Made by a program: the position numbers and the translations under genes. A stretch of DNA of 64,000 bases from Podarcis bocagei. Lineage: Eukaryota. The notes under the pieces were generated by a model. That model saw only the letters and a list, made by a program, of their open reading frames with translations, was not told the DNA's origin and ran no database searches. The DNA is taken from NCBI GenBank assembly GCA_964188305.1, contig OZ076892.1. One strand, written 5' to 3'. This document shows, piece after piece, positions 53,471 to 64,000 of this stretch (the stretch's first letter is position 1; every line of letters begins with the position of its first letter).

Positions 53471-55699
53471 GTAATGTGCAGATGTAGTTGAAAGAAGAAC
53501 AACTATCATGGTCTTGAAGTGATGGGCACATGAGTGGCTGTTCTCAAAAGAAGAGGAAATGGGTGACTGCTTGCAGAAATCCCGGCACCTCAGATGCTTT
53601 TAAAAAAGTTTCTTAAAGCAGCATTGCATTGCAAGATTTCATACAGATTTATCTGCAATGAAGAAAGTCCTTTGGCCAGTAGTTCAACCCTGACAAGGCA
53701 CTGCAACAGGAGTTCGCAATATGAGGTCTTATATGGATCAATTTTAGTCTCTTAAGGGAAGGAGTTGACCTTTTATGATTTGGATTTCTGGTCAGAGATT
53801 ATTTCTCATAAGAGACAGAAAAAACTTGCTACCTGATGGGACCTGAGGTTATCACTACAGGGTCCTTGCTCAAGCGCTGTTGGACAGAGGGAGGTTGAAG
53901 AAAATTCCCAGAGCACTTAATTTATTTTCTTTCTTTTTTCAGCTTCCAGTATTTTTTACAGAGTGAAGTTCAACCATGTATTTTTTTCTGATCCTCACTG
54001 CCATTGGGTAAAATACGTTTTCTTTGGTGTTTCAGAGACACCTGGGTGATTCTGGAGTGTGGCTAGCTTGTCAGCTCCACCACTCCTGTTGCAGTATGGC
54101 CGACAGAGGGGATTCCTGTGACCCAGATGGGAGTTCAGGCAACCAGTAATTGACCTTCTATGCTACAGCTGGAACATCAGGGTTCAAAGTAATGAAGGAT
54201 TCCTCAGGGTTGCTGGCAGTGCTGGTGTTCTGGGGTGTGGGTGGGTGTGGGTGTGCGTTGCGTTCCTGCTTCCCCTGTTCCTCCACCTCTAAGGAGACTC
54301 TGGTTCATAGTCTGGGTGTAGCTGGACCCTGACAAATACCTGGCTTTTCTGGTTTAAAAAAAAACCCCATAGCAGCAGATGGGTCAGGCCTCTGCCAAGT
54401 CCCTGGAGAGCCACTATAAGTCAGAGAAGAAAATATTGGGCTAGATAGTCCAGTGGATTGACCTGGGATACGGCAACTTCCCATGATATTCTTAATTTGC
54501 TTAGTTTGCCTGCTTGGATGGAAGTGAAGGAAAAGGCCGCAGGAGGGAGCATGATGTCTGAATAGGACCTTGTCACAGTTGTGTCTATGGAACACTTCTC
54601 AAGAGGGGCCTACCTGGAGCCTGCTTTGATCTCATTTCAGCACCAGGCTAAAACCTATTCCCCCCCTCCCTCCGTAATTTCAATATGAATTTAGACTGGT
54701 TTGCCATTGCTGTTTTATTTTTGTAAGTTTCATTTGCCAAATGGATTTTACTATTCTAACATTGCTTTTATGATGCTGTGTAAGCCGCCCTTGGACACTT
54801 TTTGCAGGACAGGATACAAACCCAGGAAAGATCCACAAGCATAATACTATATTTCTGCCAGTGATGGCTCCTGAACCTTTCTCTTTAAAAGTTTGAATGG
54901 CTGTAATTTTGTTTACTGTGTGTTTTTGCAATATTGATTCCAAAAGGGGGCTCATGGAAGAAGACGTTATGATGCAAAGCACTTCTGTTGTTTATTTACT
55001 TTATCTTATTCTATATCATTTGTTACATTTATCAGTCACCGAATTGCAATGAGCCTCTAGGTGATGTATAACCCTGATACAAAGAGTTTTAAAAAGCACA
55101 TAATAATCCAAGCAATACATTGTGATATACAAGCCTAGCAACTAAATAAGTAAGCATTAACACTGGCACAATCCAATAAAAACTAAAAGACCCCCACACG
55201 CTAAAACTGAATGATCGGTGTCAAGTGAGCAGAGACTAAAATCAGATGATGTTAAGGCAGCGTTAAAATGCAAAAAGGTCCGACTTCGATCCCTGGCAGC
55301 CTCTCCAGGTACCTGGTGATGGGAAAAGCCTCTCTCTGCCCAAGACCCTGGAGAGCTGCTGCCAGTCAGAGAAGTCAATACTGAGCTAGACAGGTGAATG
55401 GTCTGACCTAGAAGAACGCAGCTTCCTCTGTTCATAAGCTGGAAGAGCCCCCTAAATAGCCCTGTGTGGCCTGTGCTGAATCAGTTTGAAGTTATTGTTG
55501 TATAGTAAGGGCAGGGGACCTCTTGTGGCACTTCTAGACCTTACATCACACAATTTCCTAAAACACAGTACAGTACAGTATTCTATTTTCCTTCTGGGTG
55601 GAGTCGTTTCTTCTTTCCAGCAGGGGGAGACATCTGACCATATAACAGAACTGATAATGCTGCCTTTGGAAGCTTCTTTTATCAATATACATATAAAAC

Positions 55700-55999
55700 N
55701 NNNNNNNNNNNNNNNNNNNNNNNNNNNNNNNNNNNNNNNNNNNNNNNNNNNNNNNNNNNNNNNNNNNNNNNNNNNNNNNNNNNNNNNNNNNNNNNNNNNN
55801 NNNNNNNNNNNNNNNNNNNNNNNNNNNNNNNNNNNNNNNNNNNNNNNNNNNNNNNNNNNNNNNNNNNNNNNNNNNNNNNNNNNNNNNNNNNNNNNNNNNN
55901 NNNNNNNNNNNNNNNNNNNNNNNNNNNNNNNNNNNNNNNNNNNNNNNNNNNNNNNNNNNNNNNNNNNNNNNNNNNNNNNNNNNNNNNNNNNNNNNNNNN
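55700..55999. other. Assembly gap (300 N)
   Basis: Run of N. Confidence 1.
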
Positions 56000-57543
56000 G
56001 ACAGAAAAGATATACAATTCGGAGCAGCGGGCCAGCAATACCAGTAAGCTGTTCTGACCTTTGCCATCCAGACTCTATGTATGTGACAATCACACACCCG
56101 ACTTCTCTTCTTGGCTCTTACATCAGCGTTTTTGGCAAGAAGTGTGGCTGGGAACATTCATCAAACTAATCGGCATGTTAATCGATTAATTCATTAATCG
56201 CAGATTTAGAATGTGGATTTTAAATCAGAGGAATCGATGCTGGCTGCAGCTGGAGGGTGTTCACTGCTGATGCTATTAATTATCATTTCTTATATTTGGG
56301 GTGATTTTTTTGAACAGAATATTTCCATCTGTCTTTGTTAATTACGTGGGAGGAACTGTTATCTTCAATACATCCCCTTAACTTGTTACCTTTATAGAGG
56401 CAACCGGGCTGTTTGCTTTAACTGGATAATTAAACACTAGTCTGTTAAACAGGACTACGGTTAATTTGACTAAAAATAGTTAATCAGTGGATAGCCTTAG
56501 TGAGAAAGTATAAAAGCTAGGCAGGTTACTGAGTGCTAACCAAGTATGACCAAGGGAGAGGTAGTCAGTGTTTTCATTACCTCCTGCACCGTGTCGTTGA
56601 AATCACTCTCTAGCTTAGCAAACAGGCAGTTGCGTTTGCTTGCTGATATTGCTCATAAGGTTGCATGGTGGCATTATGCCCCAAAGATGTAAACAGAGCA
56701 TGCTCCTCCGAGGAATTTGAACCTCCATGCCTTTGAGATGAACAGATTAGCAGGACCACTGAGCTAATCACTTGGCAGATGCAAACTGCAAATACAGTCT
56801 ATATGTTGCCTAATCAAAGAATTGCAGAAGTATGTAGGGAGCTTTGAAGCTCAATAAAAGCCAGCTAATGAGATGATTAAATTGACATTTGATGTGATTT
56901 AACTATAGAGCAGCAAACATCAATACCTATATGATTTGGCAAGTGATTCTCAAATTATGATGTGAGCTTTTCAAGGGTTTCCACCATTGGAGAACACCTA
57001 GCTGTTAACCAGCATGGGGCGGGGTGTGGTGTAGATTTTGTAAAGTCAAGTGCTTTAATCATCAGTAGCTTTCTATTCTCTTCTGCTGCCTTAACAAACA
57101 TTTCAATTAAGGGAACTGAATGATTAGGCCCAGGTTTGTGCAGGAATGAGCTCTGAAATCAGTGGAGCAAAACAGAACTCCTTGGTCCTTAGAAGCTATC
57201 AAAAGGGAAACTGGGTTTCCTAAGTCCAGGGATTGCCCTGTGTTTGGGATGGCTTCCTTTCAGAGCAAGTTTTCTGCAAGTGCAAAATCTCACCAGATTC
57301 CACAGCATAGAAGAAGAAAAGCAAATCCAGAGCACTGTGTGCCAGCCATGCTCACAAGTTGTTCCTGGGTGCTGCTTTTTGTGAGCAAGATGCAAAACCT
57401 GACAGCACAGCCTTTGTCCCCTACATGCTAGAGTTTGTCCTGTGTGTGCCTGCATGGTCCCAGCAAAACTGCTGCGGAAGTTTGAGCCTGCAGCTTCCCT
57501 GGTGTCTCTCAATTTAAATGTGTATCCCAAACTGATCTCCATA

Positions 57544-57684
57544 CCAGGTGGGGGAACCTTTGCCCCCGCTCCCCATGTTGCTGAACTTCAACTCATAATC
57601 TCTGGCCATTGGCCATGCTTGCTGAGGCTGATGGGAGTTGTAGTTCAGCAACATCTGGAGAGGGCCATGGATTCCACACATCTC
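57544..57684. mobile_element. Palindromic hAT-like MITE (related degenerate copies near 1170, 4710, 6100, 40830 and 48770)
   Basis: ATGTTGCTGAACTTCAACTC and GAGTTGTAGTTCAGCAACAT inverted arms. Confidence 0.6.
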
Positions 57685-60600
57685 CACATGGTGTTCTTGC
57701 ATGCATTACCACTACGTCTTATGTAATATGGGCTATGGGGGGGGGGGGAGATTGGGAGAGAGTTCTAGCCATATTAAGTTATTGTTAGTCCTAGAATTGC
57801 TTTTCTTCTTATAATTTCAGATTACCATGCTTAATGCACATGAGCTGACGCATGGAGACACATTTGGGGTAATGCTGTGTGTAGTTATGCATGTCGTATT
57901 ATCACATGGCTAGATGTGGTCTGTCATCCCCTACTCAGCACATCTGGTACAGTAGATTTACATGCAGAAATTCCATTTCCACATGGAGATTGCATTCACT
58001 GAACTGGGGCAAATCACTTTAGAATGGAGGTCCATTTGTGTTGCCCAGGATGAGGCTGTCACCGTAGGAAAAGATAGGTGTCTAGTATAAATTCAGGATA
58101 TGGATTATCCTATCATGGCAGCTGCCTTCTGTGGTATCTCCTTTCCATAGATTAGAATAATTTTGTTGTTCCATGCAGGAGGTGAGCTGGCAGTCAGTGT
58201 CACTCTCTCTGACCAGTATTTGGAATCATCACTTTTAATAGAAACCCAACCATCACTTGCTTTGTTTAAAAAAGATACCAAACATAATTACCCAGTAATT
58301 ATAGCTGTAGAATCCTGGTCCTTTCCACTGCATTGCTGGAAATTGGGTTTCCAGCATCCCTCTCCTCCTTCCCCTCTGCATTCCCTGCCCCAAAGCTTAG
58401 AAATACCAGAGCCAGCGCCTGGAAGACAGAGGCATTATGCTCTGATCAGAAAGACAAGTTAAAATGGCTATTTGCTTATTTTATTTAACTCAATTCATAT
58501 ACTGTGGGATTGTAGTAAAACCTCTTAAGCGGTTTATAAGAAATATTAAAATTATCAATAAAAACAGTTAAAAACAATTAAAGATAATTAAAACCAGCAG
58601 CAAAAGAAACCAAAACACAACATGTCTGGATTGGCTTCATCATCTCATCCTCCTAACACATACTCCCTTTTCAGTATGAAAAAGGAAACACAATAAAAAA
58701 GGTTTCACTTGCAAAAATTTTTCCATATCTTGAGGACTAGCAAATTCTTTACTATGAGGCTTTATTTGTACAAAGCATAGCAAAACTTCAAAACCACTCA
58801 AAAGCTTTCTTATTAACTGCTGTCAGTCCTGTGATTTACAAGGGCAATAAAGATCTGGAGGGGGCACATTTATCATGGACTTCAGCGCACCAGGAGCCAT
58901 TTTCTCAAGCGGTAAAGCCAAGTGATAAAATGAGTTCTTTTGTTCCATAACCTTCTTAAAATGTGTGTGTTGGTCTTTCTGGCTTGTAGCTTGGCTCTGC
59001 TCCTCTAGCCCTCCATCTCCCTGCGATGATGAATTGCTCAGACACAGATGCTGATGATGCTTCTAGAACAGCAGATTCTCTGAGTGATACAAATTTACTT
59101 TCCGCTTTCTATTAGTTGCCAGCATTATTTATTCCTCTACTCCTAATTTTTATTTTATTTGCATGACACTTTTGAAATTGGGTAGGAGAAACTATCATAT
59201 ACCCTTCCTTCTTAGGAAAACTCAGATAATTCTGATTTAGGATAATATAAAATCCTCATGTTTATACCAAGAAACCATTCTCCTGATTTGTGGTGTGCAT
59301 GTTGGGAAGCAAAGTCCCATTGTTCTGCATTTGACATACTCTCATAGGCAGATAATAACTTTTGTGTCTATCCTCCGTTCCTTGGCAGGAGAGAGAGAGA
59401 GGGAGAGAGGGAGAGAAAGTTAATTTGTTGCAAAAAATAGACAGCCCAGTTGGGGCTTGCTTTGTACATGAAAGAACAATACCAGTGCAACTGTTCATTG
59501 ATTAACATAATTGAGCCATAGTTAAATAGTCAAGGCTTAAGCTAATCAGAAAATAAAATAAGCCTTTAAAAATGTACCTGGGCTTATTTGCAACAAAACT
59601 GAATTACACTACGACTGTTGGAAGAAAGAAAACAATGAGTACTGTTCAACTTTGTCTTCATGTTAGTCATTCTAGTACATCACAAAGATTTTCTAGTTTT
59701 CTGCAAATGTATTTCCTAAAATAATTTCCTTCTTCAGGATATTTTTTGAAATACACTTGACTTGGCCTAGCTTTGTCAAAAAGAACAATTTACATGTCTT
59801 ACAAAAATGGGATAAGTTAAATTTCAAGGCAAATGACTTCTAGATTAGATGATGTGCGACTTGATTTACACAAGTTAACTAGCATCATGTTTGTGAGGTT
59901 TGTGTTTTTAAAATGAGGGCTGGGGAAATGACAGAGTGCAATGGACCAGTTAGCAAAGTGGGTTGGTTTGCTCACAGCAAGAGGATGAATTGGATGGAAG
60001 AACAATCAGCTTGGAAATGTCTTTCAATTTGCTTTTAAGGCTAAGGGCAGGTGGGTGATTTTGACCATACTTTCCAATCTTTTTAAGCTGGGATCAAGGA
60101 CACGGACACCTCTGAGAAGCAGTGTAGAGAAGGATCAGCAGTAGTGGCGTTCCTCTTCTCCTCTGGGCTCCGGTACACTGCAGCTTCACTCCTGGCTCAG
60201 GTCTGAGCCAGGGGCAGAAGCAGTGCAGAGAAGGTGTGGTAGCGTTAGCCCTGCATCACATTTCTCCTCCTTTGAGCTCTGGTATGAGAGGAAGGTAAAG
60301 AGTCACTGTTGAGCAGCTGCCGCCGCCAGAGAACACCCAGAGCCTTTTCACCTCCTGCTGCTACTCACACCCCGACTGCTGAGTCTCATTCCTTTCCACG
60401 TGCTCCGGCCGTCTTCCTGCTGGGCTCATGGTCCCCCAGGGCCACACACTGCACTCCAGCGGGGCTGGGCAAGGCAAAGCATAGGGCTGTCCTCCCTTCC
60501 TTGCTATCCCATCATGCTCTGCCATCACATCAACGTTGTTGCACTCCCTGCCAGGTGCTCTGATTGGTAGAGAGCCAGATTTCTCTCTGCAGCCACCACA

Positions 60601-60809
60601 GCCATTTTCTTTCCCTGCTTAATTTATTAAGACACTGAGAAGGAGAAAGTTGTTCTCCTGTGCAGTGGCTGCCCAAGGAAGGACGCATGGATCCTGGGAC
60701 ATTCTGGGATCCAATCAGAGACTGGGATGCCTGCTTTAAATCCGTGATGTCCCACTCAAAACATGACAGTTGCATGGTATGTTTGCCACAATCCAGCATG
60801 ATCTATTCC

Positions 60810-61010
60810 AAAGAACTTCCTGACAGTAAGAGCTGTTCGACAGTGGAATTTGCTGCCAAGGAGTGTGGTGGAGTCTCCTTCTTTGGAGGTCTTTAAGCAG
60901 AGGCTTGACAACCATATGTCAGGAGTGCTCCAATGGTGTTTCCTGCTTGGCAGGGGGTTGGACTCGATGGCCCTTGTGGTCTCTTCCAACTCTATGATTC
61001 TATGATTCTA
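60810..61010 (+). mobile_element. Young short CR1 3' fragment with 8-bp TSD
   Basis: (ATTCTATG)n tail; TCTATTCC at 60802-60809 and 61007-61014; nearly identical to the reverse complement of about 34890-35075. Confidence 0.92.
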
Positions 61011-64000
61011 TTCCCTATGACTCCAAGATCTTGTTTGTAGTTCCTCACTGCTTAATTCAGACCCTATGAGTGTATATAGGAAATTAATATTTCTTTTGGT
61101 GGGTTGTGTTGTGATGCTTGCATTGGTTGCCTTCCTCTGACCCGAGGAGGAAACACTGGATGATTATCATTGCATTGAACAGCAGTTGAAACGTTTGGTA
61201 AGATATAGGGGCTGTTTTAAAAAGAAATTGGTGCTACACAGGGAACCTCAGACAATTTTATCTGGCGGCAACTTGCTGCTAAAGCCAGTTGGGATGCTTT
61301 GGGGAAAGTGGTTAGAGGACTGTCGTTTGCTAGAGATGGCTGAACCATCACTCACGATTTCCCCCAAAGGAGGCAGCTGTAGTGCTAGCCTTAGGCACAC
61401 CTCTTAACCAGCTCTTAACCAGCATATGGAAGATGTTGGCCTTCGCTAGTCCATCATGGGTATATCAGCCATGGCAGAGAGATTTTTTTCAGACCTGTTT
61501 GCTGTAATTTTATGGCCATACTTAAAATATGAGTAGGAAAGATTTTTACCAGCCGACCAGCCTCTTTTTATATAGCTGCAAAGGGAATTGTGTGTTATTT
61601 CTGATACTTATCGTATTGTTAAATCTTTTGTCTCTGATATTTTAAGTTGGAAATTATAAGTGTTCTTTGTACTCTAGGGCCTCTTTTATACTGCAACTTC
61701 TTTAAAGTTTTTAAAGATCTAAAAAAAACAAAAAACCTTTACTTTATGAAGCAGTTTGGGGGTCAGTTTTTATAAAAATGTGTGCTTTTATGTTGGACCG
61801 TTTAAAGACCATCTGTTAACTGAAGCCAACCATAAGTGAAGTTGCAGTTATGTTTCCTATTAGTCTTGTATCTTTCCTATTAGTCATGTATGAGAGAATA
61901 CAGAGGTAGCCAACAGAACTCCAAACAAGAATTGAGAAAGCAGATGGTTGCCATCATTTTACCTTGTTTTCTTTTACAAGAATGAAAAATTATTAATAGA
62001 ACAGAAAACACTGTGCCCAGCTACTTTTGCTAACCACAGCTGAAAAATCACACCAAATATGCATTTCTGAGCCTTTATTTTATAATGCAATTGAAAATTT
62101 GAACTGTTTAGCTTAAGAGACATTAAGAAGAGGAGAGGAGAGGAGAGAAAGCAAAATGAAACTCATGACTGAAAGCATAGAATGAAAGACAAAATGTACT
62201 GTTTGAAATAGGTGTGTACTTTCTGGTCAGTGAAGGCTCATTTATTATATTGTCACAGTGAACTGTGATTTTTTATTTTTTTTTAAGAGGAGGAGGATGA
62301 AATTTTTCCTAGGTAGTTCTCTGGCTTACTGGCAGCTGCCTTTTCAAAAGTTGTCTGTTGACTTAAATAAAGATCCTTGAGAAGACAAATCACAATTTGT
62401 TTTTCAACTAAATTCAGCTATAAGCTTCCAGGCATGCCCACGTCATACCTGGCCAAAGGACTGCCACTCTCATATGCCGCTGAGGGAATAACACTCACTT
62501 TTGCTTCACGATTCCTGGGCAATTCAGACAGTTGCTAAGAATAGGAAAGGAAGATTTAAATTGACCAGAGAAATAAATTATGACATTTTTATACATGATT
62601 ATATAGGAAAGTGTGTGTTTGTGGTAGGAATTAGCACGTAGTAGATATGCAGATCCAAGGCTCGTATTTCATTTGAAATGTATTTATACATTCCTATCCT
62701 CATGTTAACCCTATGACAATTTTTAATTGGAATATCAAACTATAGTAAAATGTACAGGCAATGTCTGATTTCACCCCAGTCCTCCACAATGTGGGTAATA
62801 ATCTTTCTGAAGCTCATTAATTCCATTTTCAGAGGGGTCAATGAGACTGAGGGTGTTTTCACACATGAATTTTTTAATCACTTCTGGCTTTAGTGAGAGT
62901 CCTAGTGCAAATTGCGCCCCCCCATGCATGCATTGTCCAGAATTCCCATTCCCCATTACAGATGCCTCACCCCTACATTGACCCTGATCACCTAAATAAT
63001 CCTCTTCAGAGCCTCATGTATCCACTTGTAACTGGCTTGAATGCTGCACAGTAAAGCTGTAGCTGAGCAAGAATTTGCACCTAAGTGTCCCTGAGGTCCT
63101 AGGTAGCATGAATAAATGGGTGGCACCAGTGATTCCGTTTCCTAGAGTGAGCCCCAAGTCCCCTTTGTCCCCTCATCATCTAATTGCCCATGATCAATAA
63201 TTTTGCCTGCCATGAACATGTGGGATGTGGGAGCCAGTTTTGGTGTTGGATTTATGTGCAGAAAAGTAAAAAGAGGACCCAGTAAGAAGGAGGAAGGAGA
63301 GAGCCTGGGCTGGCCAAAGGGGAATACTACTTGCCATTGTTTGGTTGCTGGTTTCCTATCTATGAATATCAAACCTTGATCTGCCCTTTCCACTCCTTCA
63401 TGCACAAATATTTGCCAAGTTTGCTGATATATAAATGCATATGGATTCTCTTTGAGATTTCTTCTTCAGTTTGTGGAGAAATTTCCTCCTCATCTGTTTT
63501 CAGACTTTGATGCTATTCCATTTAGTTTCCTCTTGCTCTTATTGGACTTTAGAAAAGGTTAATTACCGTAGCTATCCACCAAGCTTGGTGGAAGAAGATT
63601 TTAATATTAGGCAATGTCCTATTGGGGTATGAAGGTAACACCATGAGGGGGTACTATAATTTTATCACATTTGTCCTGGTAAGTTGGTTTATTAAGGTGA
63701 ACTGATTACAGCCCGCAGAGTTAATTTTTATATGCTAATACACCACAGCAAGTTGGGAACTTAAATAAAATGATACAATTAATTCAAATTTATGACAGGC
63801 AGGGAAGCTCAGTAAGGTCATCTGTAGATTATATTAACACTGTATCATCCAGACATTTCATCCCATTTTGTCTAACATCAGGTGGCTGCTCTGTGTATCT
63901 TAATGCCCCTGGAATGTGGAAGGAAATGTGATGCAAAGTACATTGGGTGAATCTTGGCTCAGTTGCTGCATGCAGAGAAGACATATACAACTCATGAGGT

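Noticed and set aside
55452-56169. Long ORFs of 118-227 aa
   Set aside because: Artefacts of translating through the N gap.

Overview
Vertebrate genomic DNA, almost certainly a squamate reptile (Sauria SINE, RTE-BovB, CR1 LINEs, tRNA-derived SINEs; lacertid-like by inference). Contents: (1) the first coding bases of NOB1 (- strand, ATG at 52), head-to-head with (2) a complete, compact 24-exon WWP2 gene (+; C2, 4 WW and HECT domains; 2571-nt CDS, 856 aa; all introns GT-AG and in frame), which hosts (3) miR-140 in intron 16; (4) a complete 7-exon PSMD7/Rpn8 gene (-; 322 aa) converging on WWP2; (5) an AT-richer gene-free stretch upstream of PSMD7 with homeodomain-motif-dense candidate enhancers and a 300-N assembly gap. 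No new protein-coding system is supported. The best leads are regulatory or molecular: two miR-140-3p seed sites in the host WWP2 3'UTR next to Pumilio elements, a convergent CTCF motif pair bracketing WWP2/miR-140, paired SOX-dimer motifs in introns 8, 10 and 17, parallel Gly-to-Arg changes in WW3 and WW4, an overlapping uORF at the WWP2 start, and a young CR1 inserted 7 nt from a splice donor. Orthologue comparisons are from recalled human sequences, not from searches.
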